The notes below the pieces were generated by a model, which did no database searches, had not been told where the DNA came from, and worked only from the letters and a program-made list of their open reading frames with translations. A DNA stretch of 64,000 nt from a virus. The first letter of the stretch is position 1, and the number at the start of each line of letters is the position of its first letter. The translations under genes and the position numbers were made by a program. Of this stretch, positions 28,402 through 39,100 are shown piece by piece. The stretch lies in IMG/VR virus record IMGVR_UViG_3300021599_001018, positions 1 to 64,000 of that record; one strand, 5' to 3'.

Positions 28402-30303
28402 TTAGCGAAGTAACCAAGTTAAATTTTCTTTTTCTTTATTACCTATATCCATTTCATATGGATTTTGTTTCATACTATTTATTGTATATACTCCGTTGTA
28501 ATTACTTATTTGAGTTGAATTTAACATACTCTTTGTCAAATCAATTCCCTCTTGTTTTAATCGTAATGCTGTGTTTCTTACCCAAAGTCCAATTCCCATA
28601 GACATTGTAAGGTCATCGTTATATCCTTTCATAGCTTCTGCTCTTCCACCATTCCAAATAAATGTAAATAGTTCATCTATTAAACGAACAGAACGAATTA
28701 GAATATCTTTGTTTTGAATATACGAATCAAGCGATGAGATAATAAGCGGACGTGTTTTTGCAGTAGTTGAAAAACCAGCCACCATTTGCCTTTCTTCTCT
28801 ATAATATCTATTCGTCATTTGCCTCTCAACATCTATATATTTAAGGTCATTACTCATATAAAATAGGTTTGCATATCCTCTATCTATTACCTGTTGAATA
28901 CATGCCCAACCCACATTTGCGTTTTCAATTACAAGTAGTGCGTTATTATATTCGGTTGCTAAACTTACTAAAAAATTTCCAAAATCTTTTGTTTCTATTT
29001 TCCCACGATATTCTGCTACTTGAGAACAATCTTCAATATCAATTACTTGAGCTGCCGAATAATCTGAACTATCGCCACGCGCAACGTCGGCTACTACCAT
29101 ATATTGACGGTTGTAATTAGGGTGTTCCCATATCCAAAGGTTTCCATCAAATCCACGTTTTTGAATAGGGTCTACTACATATGTATCTTTGTACCACATA
29201 AGTAATTGTGGGTCTATTACAGTATCACCAGAACTTACAAAGTCGCAATCACATTCTTGTGCTGCTCCTTTAATTCCTAAAATACGAGTCTGCTCATCTC
29301 TCCAATCTTGATTTCTTTCAGGATGAACTGTCCAGTGTAATCTTATATTATGAAATCCGTTTGCTCCACTTTCACCATCTACCCACATTTTATGAAACCA
29401 GTTACCGACACCGTTTGGTGTAGATAGGACAATTGCGGCACCACCCGTAGATAGTGTTGATTGTGCTGATAACCATATTTCATCAATATCACGAATAAAT
29501 GCCGCCTCATCCACAACAAGTAGTGATAGGGCTTCCGAACGTCCGGCATCAGGCGAAGATGCTATTGCTTTACATTGAGAACCATTTTTAAGTTTGAGTG
29601 ATAGTTTATTATCTTCAACTGAACTATTACCACCATCTCTTAACCAAACTGGTAATAGGTCATGCATAACACGGACTTTCTCAACCAAGTTTTTTGCTAC
29701 CGTTACTTTTGTTGCAATAACAAGTGCATTAAAGTCCTGATTAAACAACATTTTCCAAAGAATATATCCTGCGGAAAGTGTTGAAAGACCTAACTGGCGA
29801 GATTTTAGAATAATGTTAAACCTATTATCTTTGAAATCGGTTAAACATTCCTCTTGAAATGGATATAAATGAAATGGAATTTTACCTCGTGTCGGATGTT
29901 GTATAACGCAGTATTTTTTCATAAAGTAAATTGGGTCTTGCCCACATTTACGATACTCTTCTGCTATAACTAAAATTTTGTTTTTCTTTTCAATTTTGTT
30001 TGTATAACTTTGTAAAGTTCCAAATTTTTCACGTTCAATCTTAATTATAGAATTAAAGTTTTCTTCTTTTTGCTTATAAGTTCCTATAATGGAGTCTTGA
30101 ATATATGTTTTGCGAATAGTAGAATCTAATTGCTGTTCTGTTAATTTTAATAATGCTTTTGCCGAATCCCCACTTAATAAATCCTTTGTTATCAATCTTA
30201 CAATCGGAACCGGAAAACATTTATTTGTTGGGATAGTATCTTTCTGTGAAAAAGCTATCAAGCTGACGAACATCAAAATTGTCAACATTATTGATTTTTT
30301 CAT
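28402..30303 (-). CDS. Terminase large subunit (gp17-like), in frame with an N-terminal exported coiled-coil domain
   Basis: LKSRQLGLST Walker A, LLVVDEAAF Walker B, STPNG, ADVARG, DDL; first ~110 aa are signal peptide plus coiled coil. Confidence 0.93.
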   Translation of the reverse strand: MKKSIMLTILMFVSLIAFSQKDTIPTNKCFPVPIVRLITKDLLSGDSAKALLKLTEQQLDSTIRKTYIQDSIIGTYKQKEENFNSIIKIEREKFGTLQSYTNKIEKKNKILVIAEEYRKCGQDPIYFMKKYCVIQHPTRGKIPFHLYPFQEECLTDFKDNRFNIILKSRQLGLSTLSAGYILWKMLFNQDFNALVIATKVTVAKNLVEKVRVMHDLLPVWLRDGGNSSVEDNKLSLKLKNGSQCKAIASSPDAGRSEALSLLVVDEAAFIRDIDEIWLSAQSTLSTGGAAIVLSTPNGVGNWFHKMWVDGESGANGFHNIRLHWTVHPERNQDWRDEQTRILGIKGAAQECDCDFVSSGDTVIDPQLLMWYKDTYVVDPIQKRGFDGNLWIWEHPNYNRQYMVVADVARGDSSDYSAAQVIDIEDCSQVAEYRGKIETKDFGNFLVSLATEYNNALLVIENANVGWACIQQVIDRGYANLFYMSNDLKYIDVERQMTNRYYREERQMVAGFSTTAKTRPLIISSLDSYIQNKDILIRSVRLIDELFTFIWNGGRAEAMKGYNDDLTMSMGIGLWVRNTALRLKQEGIDLTKSMLNSTQISNYNGVYTINSMKQNPYEMDIGNKEKENLTWLLR

Positions 30304-30565
30304 GGTATATTTCTTTTATTGTTATTTTTTCATTTTTAATCCTGTCTATACTTTTGTCGATTTCAGTAATTTGAGTATTATATATTACTAATTGACTATC
30401 TAATTTATGGTTTATAGTTTCCAAAGAATCTACATGATTGTTTAGTGAATCAATCTTATTATAAGTTTGTTCTGCTAACTTTGAGCTTGGTATTAGTATA
30501 AAAAACATACAATACAAAATTATCAATAAGACCCCAATAGTTACTATATCTTTTGCGTACTTCAT
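30221..30565 (-). CDS. Spanin-like membrane-anchored coiled-coil protein
   Basis: N-terminal TM plus coiled coil; overlaps next ORF by 83 nt in another frame. Confidence 0.55.
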   Translation of the reverse strand: MKYAKDIVTIGVLLIILYCMFFILIPSSKLAEQTYNKIDSLNNHVDSLETINHKLDSQLVIYNTQITEIDKSIDRIKNEKITIKEIYHEKINNVDNFDVRQLDSFFTERYYPNK

Positions 30566-30566
30566 A

Positions 30567-31232
30567 TTATTTAATTAGTTCTGGGTGATTTAGTTCTATA
30601 AATTTTTCTTCAAGCAATCTTATTCTTTCCAATAGTAATTCTATTGCCGTTTGTGCCCCATCAATATCTGTAAGTATATCTTTTTTTACCTGCTCAACAT
30701 CAATATCCCATTTCCATTGGCTTATTGTGCCATCCTCATTAACCATATCTATTTGAGTTTTGATACCTGCTAATGCTTCTTCGTATTTTACTTTTAGGTC
30801 ACGAACCGTTGCTAATTTATTTTTACTTATTTTGTAATCTTCATAATAAGGATAAGTACCATCGGCTCTTAACTTTGCTTCATATTCGTTTAAGCAATCT
30901 ATACAAAATCCGGTTTTAGCACAAAGTTTTTTATCGGTTCTAGTATATTCTATAGTCTTACATTCGGGGTTTGTACAAGTCGTAAGTTTTTTTAGATATT
31001 CTCTAACATCATCGAATTGTGTAACGGATGCTACATATCCCTCTTTTTGTTCCCACTCTTTACCATCTTTATCGGTCCATCTATCGCCAACTTTTCTTTT
31101 TTCTTTTACTTCACCTTCATATCCAAAAACTCTTTGTGTATTATCCTCTCTACCGAATACGGTATCAATGATAACCTTACGAGATTTGTGCATTCCTTTG
31201 GATTTCTCATCCCAATTTTTTCTTTTTGCCAT
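30567..31232 (-). CDS. Conserved hypothetical protein with Cys motifs
   Basis: CTNPEC, CAKTGFCIDC; 221 aa. Confidence 0.7.
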   Translation of the reverse strand: MAKRKNWDEKSKGMHKSRKVIIDTVFGREDNTQRVFGYEGEVKEKRKVGDRWTDKDGKEWEQKEGYVASVTQFDDVREYLKKLTTCTNPECKTIEYTRTDKKLCAKTGFCIDCLNEYEAKLRADGTYPYYEDYKISKNKLATVRDLKVKYEEALAGIKTQIDMVNEDGTISQWKWDIDVEQVKKDILTDIDGAQTAIELLLERIRLLEEKFIELNHPELIK

Positions 31233-31268
31233 AGTATAAGTTTATAACTGTTTAGTATATATATAGAA

Positions 31269-34200
31269 TTATTCGTAGAAAATTCCAAGTATCTGATTTA
31301 GAGGTGCGAATGTGCCTGTAAGTTTAAATTCAAGAACATCAGCACCAACTCCTAAAAAGATTTCTTCAAATGGTTTTACATTATCTTTTTGTTGTTTTAT
31401 TACATTTACTTTATCATTATCATCTGCCCACTTTTTTAATTCAGGGTTTGATATGGTGTTAATCTTAAATGATTTATCACCAAATGCCCAACGTCTAACT
31501 AAAGCCTCTTTTGTTATTTTATCAACTTTAACCGGTGCTTTAGTATCTATGAAATTTTCCCACCAACTTTGATGATATACTGAAACGGTATCACTATCAG
31601 ATAAACCAAACTTGCTTTGTAATTTAGATAGTTTAGAAAGATATTTGCCCTTTTTAGAACTTAACTCTTTACTTTTTGGAATTTCAGTTACGGGTGGTCC
31701 TTGAATTGTATATTTTGATTGAACATCTGCATTTACTTGCTTAATCATTCCGGCTAAGGTTCTAGCTGCCGTTTGGTCAGCTGCTATTGCTTTACCCGTT
31801 TCATCATAGCAAGTCGTATTATGGAATATAAGTAACGATTGACCATACGGAATTACATTTACAGATGTAGGCCATATAACTTCAAGGTTCATAAAACATT
31901 TACCATTTTGGAATATTTTTTCTTTTTGTTTTTCGGATAATCCACCGATTGCTACTGTCAAATCACGCATTGCGAAATTGTATGCATCGGTAAGTCCGCC
32001 TCTATTTGCGAATTTAGTTGCAACATCTTCTATTCCCATTGCGCTTGCTCCGGCATTTGCAAGATGTCCTTTGTTACGAGCTGCAATCAATCTTCCATTT
32101 TTCCAGCTTATTGCCAATGCCTGCCCATCCGTTTTCTCTCTAACTATACCAAGTTCACCATCTAATGCTTTACCAATAATATCTTTAAGGTCGCCAAAAG
32201 TTAAATTCATATCATCGAATGGATGCGACATGTGTCCATATGCACCACCTTCCATAATTAGTTGCTTTGTTTCCTCCATATTTTCTTTTATCATATTCGG
32301 CGCAGTATAATTGAATATATTAACTTGCGTACCGACTGCTGGGGGCGGTTTATATGCTTGTGGACGTGAATTAAATGGGTACATTTCCCATTTAATTTTT
32401 TTATCAATCTCATATTCAATACCTTTAACAGGATGAATCCATCTTTTACCTGGTCCGTTTTCTTCAGAAGGGTTTCTTGATGGCATTACGACACCATTCT
32501 TTTTTTGTGGATAATGATCTGATGTGTGGCTGTGTACTGTGAATCCTACTATTTCTGCGTGCGTTTTTGCCCTATCATCAAATCTTTCCCATTTATCCGT
32601 ATATGGTGAACGAAAACTTTGGTCATTTTGCATACTACCCACTATATAGTTTCCTTCGTTTATAGTACGAAATGTAGTTGCTTGCTTACCATTTATAGTT
32701 GGCATTCCATGTTTATCACTACCTATATCCTTTACCGTTACACGTTTGTTTTTGAACTTACCCATTAGAACTTCATCGCCTGGATTTACTGGAACATTTA
32801 TATCTTCTGCCGTTTCATCATCTACCCAAGGGCCTGCGTTTGGTCCTACCCAACCACCCGCTTCGGAATGTTCATTGAATGGGCTTATTTTCAATTCATC
32901 TTCTAATTCTTTAATCTCATCATAATCAAGCTCCATTAGGGCTTTAACTATTTCTTTTGATTTTGCGAATTTGTTACCGGTAACTACATATGCTATTTTT
33001 TGTTTTTCTTTTGCACTCCCATCTCTCCAATACTGAAATATATTTTTGAAATGAATATCATTTCTACTCATTTCGTTTATTATTTTGGTTTTTTCAGGGT
33101 TTTTGGTGAATTTAGTCGGCTCACCGGTCATTCTAGGTACATTTTTAGTAACATACTTAACGATAATTTGGTTAGCATCATCATCTCCTAAAATTTGGTC
33201 CGCTTCGGGAAACTCTAATTGAATATATCCCCCATTATGAAACCAATGGTCTGAAAGATTAACACCATCATTTGCGCCCAATTTTCTTTTTGCGCCTTTT
33301 GGTAAATATGCACCATCTGGTCTATCACTATCGGAAACGGATAATCTACTCACCTCTGATATTATTGCTCCTTCTGCGTAAATTTGTTTATTCTTTTTAC
33401 CATAATCACGAAGTAATATACCGGCAACTGCGTTAGCTTGGTTTTCAACGGGTGAGCCAGTTTTACCGGCCTCAGCTGAGTTTCCTACTAATCCCATTTC
33501 ATCTTGCTTTCTATGTACTAACTCATGTGCTATTGTACGGCAAATATCAGCAGTCATTCGTTTAGGAACAACAACCACTATATCCTTTGTTTCAGGACTA
33601 TATCCACCAAGAGATGAATTTTGTTCAGCATATTGTCTTCCTAATAATAATTTTACTTTTGGTTTATTTTTTAGTTTAAGTCTTTCCGTTGAATACTTTA
33701 CAAAATCTGCTATGTTTTCAACTTTTGATTTTGATATAGCTTCTTCTTTTAATAAATCAGAAGCGTTAGAAGTTGCTTTTAATTTTGGTTCTTCTTTTTT
33801 GTATCTTTTTATAGCATCAATTATTTGTTTATCGGATAACTTATAATTTTTAATAGTCTCAATAGTTTTTGCTATATAATTTTGCATAAACTTTTTACTA
33901 TCAATTTTATCATTTCCGGTTATTTCAAATATACCAGCTGCTCCCAGTGCAATTCCACCAGCAGAGGCTTGTAATCCGCTAGCTCCTAAACTTTCAAACG
34001 CGGAATGTTTTACTATATCTTTTGCAAGATAACTGCCAAAATGTCCTCCTCCAAATTTATAAGCAATTTTTGCTCCAGCTCCTTTTAATACACCACCAAC
34101 TCCAGCGCCTTTAGCTGCTGCGGAAGCTCCACCCATTATACCACCTGTTACTGCGATTGAACCAACTAACAGTGCCGTTTCTTTTGCTAATCCAACTAAT

Positions 34201-35924
34201 CCTTTCTTTTGTTTTTTACTTGCTTCCCAAGATTTTTCAAAAAGCTTTTTTTCTTCGTGTGGTAGTGCACCTGTATCTGAAAATACGGGTTTTTTCTCTG
34301 TTTTTGGTCTACCTTTTTTATCCGTATCTTGTACAGGATTTCCCTTATCATCTTTAACCGTATGGCCGTGCTTATCTTTTTTGAAAACCGGCACATCTTC
34401 CATAACAGCTTTTCCTTTTGAATCTTTTTTAGCAAAATCAGACCAATGAGCATCTCTACCCTTTTCATCTTTAACAGATCCAATTTTACCAGTTGTAGCT
34501 AAAGATTTAACAGCGCTAAAACTATCACCAATCATTTCTTTCTTATGGTGTAACATATGTTTAACTCCGTTTCCAAGTGCTTTAGCTCCGCTTTTTAATT
34601 TATCCATCAATCCCTTTCTTTCGGGAGATTTTGGATTATTTAATGAATCAATTGCCTTACTATCTTCGCTACTCAAATTAGACTTTTCTTTATCTAATTG
34701 TTGCTTTATATCCGATTCGTGCTTTTCTTGAGGCGTTTGTTCGGCCGCTGATTTTAATTCAGATCCGCTTAATTTATTTGGTTCAGGTTTATTAGCGCCG
34801 GCTTCGGGTTCTTTACCACCTTTTTCCGTTTCACCTTTTTCATCGCCTTCTTTACTTTTTTCTCCTTCGGGCTTTTCTTTTTTTGCCGTTGGTTCAGGTT
34901 TTTCCTGGCCAATCATTTTTTTAGCTTCTATATGAGCTGGGTGGTCTTTTTTTAATCTTAATGCATCTCTAACTTTTATTTTACCATCACTACCATCGGC
35001 TTTTTTATAACTTATTTCCTTATCCATTACAGGATTTTCTGCTTCGCCAAAATAGCTTTCTATAAATTCATTAAATACCTCTTCGGTTACTATATTTGAT
35101 ATAATTTCTGCAATAGGATTGTAAACATATTTTTTATGAGAATCTTCATCATCCTTTTTATGTAACTTTTTACTTAATTTAGATACATCTTTTGGGTCGG
35201 GTGCTCCACCTATATATCCTTGAGGCGAAACCAATCCTACAAATGCTCCACCTGGCAATCCTTCTTCAACTTCTTCATCATCGGATTTTTTAACAGGTGA
35301 TGGACCGAAATCGCCGGCCATACCTGTTCCTCTTAATGCGCCATATTCATTAAGTCCTTTTATCTTTTTTGTTATCATGTCAAATATCTTCTGATTAAAT
35401 TTTGGATAAGCAACTAAAAAGAATTTCTTAGCTTTTTCAATATCATCACTTCCTAAATTATTACGAACATCTGTACCGCTTATCGGGTTTGGTTCCGGTG
35501 GTACTGCATACACATATCCAATTTCGTCATACCCGTACCCCGATTTACCCTTGTACGGCTTAAAGTATTTTCCTTGAAGCCTATCCGAATCCTTCTCACC
35601 AACAGCTGCGATATATTGTGTTGTTTGTCCATCGAATTTTTTAAGTATTTCGGTTGGTTGATATGGGTTACGAATTTGTACAAACTTATCATCAGGTATA
35701 CCAAACATTGTGGTTACAATCTTCTTCTTTTCGGAAAAGTTAAAGGGAGACTTAGTTCCACTTGTATCATTTGAAGTTCCTATATAAACATTGCCAGCAC
35801 CAAACTTACTTACAAGTTTTTTATAAGATGCATAATGTCCTCTATGAAATGGTTGAAAGCGACCAGAATATACTACTACTGTTTTTGTCACTTTGGGTTT
35901 ATCTACTTCGTTTAATAAATTCAT
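31269..35924 (-). CDS. Multidomain protein: HxGH nucleotidyltransferase + HExxH domain + KxDG ligase-like domain
   Basis: GRFQPFHRGH...ISGT; IAHELVHRKQ; GHMSHPFD...EKTDG. Confidence 0.75.
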   Translation of the reverse strand: MNLLNEVDKPKVTKTVVVYSGRFQPFHRGHYASYKKLVSKFGAGNVYIGTSNDTSGTKSPFNFSEKKKIVTTMFGIPDDKFVQIRNPYQPTEILKKFDGQTTQYIAAVGEKDSDRLQGKYFKPYKGKSGYGYDEIGYVYAVPPEPNPISGTDVRNNLGSDDIEKAKKFFLVAYPKFNQKIFDMITKKIKGLNEYGALRGTGMAGDFGPSPVKKSDDEEVEEGLPGGAFVGLVSPQGYIGGAPDPKDVSKLSKKLHKKDDEDSHKKYVYNPIAEIISNIVTEEVFNEFIESYFGEAENPVMDKEISYKKADGSDGKIKVRDALRLKKDHPAHIEAKKMIGQEKPEPTAKKEKPEGEKSKEGDEKGETEKGGKEPEAGANKPEPNKLSGSELKSAAEQTPQEKHESDIKQQLDKEKSNLSSEDSKAIDSLNNPKSPERKGLMDKLKSGAKALGNGVKHMLHHKKEMIGDSFSAVKSLATTGKIGSVKDEKGRDAHWSDFAKKDSKGKAVMEDVPVFKKDKHGHTVKDDKGNPVQDTDKKGRPKTEKKPVFSDTGALPHEEKKLFEKSWEASKKQKKGLVGLAKETALLVGSIAVTGGIMGGASAAAKGAGVGGVLKGAGAKIAYKFGGGHFGSYLAKDIVKHSAFESLGASGLQASAGGIALGAAGIFEITGNDKIDSKKFMQNYIAKTIETIKNYKLSDKQIIDAIKRYKKEEPKLKATSNASDLLKEEAISKSKVENIADFVKYSTERLKLKNKPKVKLLLGRQYAEQNSSLGGYSPETKDIVVVVPKRMTADICRTIAHELVHRKQDEMGLVGNSAEAGKTGSPVENQANAVAGILLRDYGKKNKQIYAEGAIISEVSRLSVSDSDRPDGAYLPKGAKRKLGANDGVNLSDHWFHNGGYIQLEFPEADQILGDDDANQIIVKYVTKNVPRMTGEPTKFTKNPEKTKIINEMSRNDIHFKNIFQYWRDGSAKEKQKIAYVVTGNKFAKSKEIVKALMELDYDEIKELEDELKISPFNEHSEAGGWVGPNAGPWVDDETAEDINVPVNPGDEVLMGKFKNKRVTVKDIGSDKHGMPTINGKQATTFRTINEGNYIVGSMQNDQSFRSPYTDKWERFDDRAKTHAEIVGFTVHSHTSDHYPQKKNGVVMPSRNPSEENGPGKRWIHPVKGIEYEIDKKIKWEMYPFNSRPQAYKPPPAVGTQVNIFNYTAPNMIKENMEETKQLIMEGGAYGHMSHPFDDMNLTFGDLKDIIGKALDGELGIVREKTDGQALAISWKNGRLIAARNKGHLANAGASAMGIEDVATKFANRGGLTDAYNFAMRDLTVAIGGLSEKQKEKIFQNGKCFMNLEVIWPTSVNVIPYGQSLLIFHNTTCYDETGKAIAADQTAARTLAGMIKQVNADVQSKYTIQGPPVTEIPKSKELSSKKGKYLSKLSKLQSKFGLSDSDTVSVYHQSWWENFIDTKAPVKVDKITKEALVRRWAFGDKSFKINTISNPELKKWADDNDKVNVIKQQKDNVKPFEEIFLGVGADVLEFKLTGTFAPLNQILGIFYE

Positions 35925-35978
35925 ACTAATAAATATATTTCAGTAATAAATATCTAATCTAAACACAAAAACGGGCAT

Positions 35979-36043
35979 AGTGCTGTCAGTGCTTTTAGTT
36001 TTTACAGTTTATTTTATTTTTAACTTACAGTGCTTTAAGTGCT
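35979..36043. repeat. Four AGTGCT direct repeats in two 9-bp-period pairs
   Basis: AGTGCT at 35979, 35988, 36029, 36038 with an AT-rich spacer. Confidence 0.75.
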
Positions 36044-36067
36044 GATCATTGTCGTTGATTAAAAACT

Positions 36068-36099
36068 CAAACATAAGTAAAATTTTTTGATTTACCAAA
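36068..36099 (-). promoter_or_regulatory. Bacteroidota-type housekeeping promoter
   Basis: Minus strand TTTGGTAAATCAAAAAATTTTACTTATGTTTG = TTTG(-33)...TAnnTTTG(-7). Confidence 0.65.
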
Positions 36100-36102
36100 T
36101 TA

Positions 36103-39100
36103 TTAGTTACACGCTGGTAAAATACCTGCTAGAGTTGGGTCAGTAAATCCTGATCGGCCGCATTGGGTTGGCGCATATCCCCAAATACCAGAAATAGTTA
36201 TAACTTCACTACCAGCTGGCGAAGGATTTGATAGAGTTTCTAATGGATGATTACTCGTATCCTGAGAGCATACTTGAATACCTTCCGGCCCAATTACTCC
36301 AACTGGTAAAATTACACCAGGATCGTATGTTTCTCCTTGACAAGCCGATGGATTACTTAAATCATTTGAAATTACGCTAGAATAAGCTACAAGAGCTGAA
36401 GAAGGGATAGTTGCCGTTCCCGCATTTCCAACCAATTCAAGTCTATAACTACCAATCCATCCTTGCGGAACATCGTGTGAATAAATAGGAGAAACCGTAG
36501 TAGTACCCAATGCATACCAAGTTGGATAACTATATCTTATACTTCCATCGGAATTATACAATACAACTCTATATCCCCATCTATTTCCACCCGAAACACC
36601 ACCTATATCATCATAATACTGAACATTTATTGTAGTTAAAGGATTGGCTACTGTACCCGATAGAGTTTGATTTACAGTAGTCGCTCCGTAAGTTGTTGCA
36701 TTTGTTGTAGTCAATGTTGTATTATAACTTCCTACATCCAGTCCATCTTTTAACCTATAATAAAAAATACCAGAACTTAACCCACCTATTATTCTACCAA
36801 AATCACTAAATGATAAATTAACTGAATTACTCCACGGGCCGCCGCTTGTTGGTGCCACTTCAAAATCGGTTGGATTACTTAAAGTTAATGTCAATATACC
36901 TGTTTCGCTTGTTAAGTTACCGGCTGTTATTGATGAACTTCTTCTGTTTGTCGATGCGCTAAACCCACCTTGATTGTAAGTAACCGATGGAATAATTGCA
37001 CTAAATAATATAAATGGTACAGTAAAATATCTAAATTCATTATGTTCTGTTGTTACAACGCCACCAAAACATTTTTTTATTATTCTAAAATCAATAAAAT
37101 CATAGTCTAGCCCATTTTGAACTTGTACATACCAACCTCCTCCGTAATTGGAAGCTGGTTGATATTGATATTGTGGACAAATTCCACTTATACTTGAGCT
37201 TACGCAATTAAGAGCATATGGTGCACCAAAATACCAATCATTAGAACCATCTGGTTTGAAATCTAATAACCATTCGGTATCAGGAGATATATTTGATATA
37301 TCAACATAATATCTATCCACATCGATGACTCTGCCTATATAACTAACAGATAGTATTATAGGCTGTGCACAACCTAAATAATTTGTATAATCGGATCCAA
37401 TTACAAATCTAGCATTTTGTGGTCTGTTTGTATTACTAGATTGGTGTACTCTATAAGTTATATAACCAACCCTCCTTTCTCCGGGTGGGCTTGTATTTGG
37501 TTTTATTTTACTTGCAAAATTAGCATAAGAAAGTTTTGCAAACACATCCGGTCCGCTATTAGCATCGTTATTTATTATTTCAATCAATTTTCCAGGATAT
37601 TGGAAACCATCTGCAACATCGGTTTCTTCAATTTTAATACCATCTCTATCATATGCGGTTGCAGAAGAACTATCAAATGTTAATGGTAATTGTATAAGAT
37701 TTACACTTGATGTAATACTGATTGCCGCTGGAGAGGATGATACAGCAGTTGGCGATATATCAAAATATGCGTTATACAATAAAGATGGTGTGACTTGTAG
37801 AGATGTAGCAGGAATAATACCAGAACTTCCACTTGCATTAAATGTAAACCTTATTCCAGGTATAATATCGTTACCTCCACCAAATCTTATTGTTTTTTCT
37901 AATGTTATAGGAACATATGTATAGTTTATATCAAATAATTCAAAACGAAAATCAAATGATTCACTTGGAATCTGAATGTTTGGCTTTGTTAAAAATGTTA
38001 ATTCATTTGGATTAAATGCTGTTTGAGCCGCAGCTTTTAATGATATATCTGCTAGCTCCCAATTACCATTTCTAACAATAAATGAAACTCTACCATTACC
38101 ATCGTTATCTGCCTTAAAATTTATAGATTGCTTTTCATACCTTTGAAATTCTGTTCCAGATAATGTACCTATTTTTTTACCATAAGGGATTTCAGTAATT
38201 GTGTTATTAAATGCAGATCCGGTTATATATACATCTAAAAGTCCTTTATTTGAAAAATTGTTGTTTTTACTAAATACAGTATTATAATTAAGTATATACT
38301 CCGTATCTTTTGTAAATGCTATATCATTTTTACTTAAAAATGCAAAAATACCATTTGAACCTTCTATTTCATTCAATGGCTCTAAAAAAACGGCATTAAC
38401 TAAATTATCTGTGGTACTTAATGTAGCATTACCATTACCATCAAGTGATGCTGATGACCAAAATTCGGTTATAACATTGGCAATGGTAAATTCTCCTGTT
38501 TTTTTATTTATTTGACCTTCAGGCGCAAAAAAATCAGTTTGTAATAATTCATTTTCTTCTAAAACAATATCTTCAAGTACAGAAAATCCCTTTAATTCAT
38601 TACGACTTTTTGCAAAAACTTTTAATCGGTAAATATCTCCACTAAAAGTTTCTAAATCTTTTACATTGATAGATGCGTATGATGAACTCAAGTTTGATAC
38701 ACTGGTTGTAGAAGTTTCATATGTTGTATCAAATTCACCCAAAGCGATATTTTTAATTTGACTACGCTCTGTTGCTGTTCTTAATGAAACAAATGGAATA
38801 TCTACTATTGCTCTAAAACGATCAACTAGTTCTGTAATTACAGGTGTGTATGATGATGAATTTGAAAAAAGCTCACCATTTACGGAATATATGTTAGCTA
38901 CATTTATAGGCCGTCCAACTGACCTTTTATCAAATGGAGTTGCTGCAATATCTAACAAAGTAGGCGTATTACTTATGAAACTAGCCGATGTGGGATTTAT
39001 ACTAACGATTTCATACCTTATAGGGCCGTTGTATGGATATTCTGTATTTGCTGGAGGAAATATAGCAACTCCTCTAAAATAGCCGGATGAAATATCTTGA

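Noticed and set aside
35940-36050. tRNA or uORFs in the large intergenic gap
   Set aside because: No cloverleaf or TTC loop; the uORFs are only 4-12 codons with no support.
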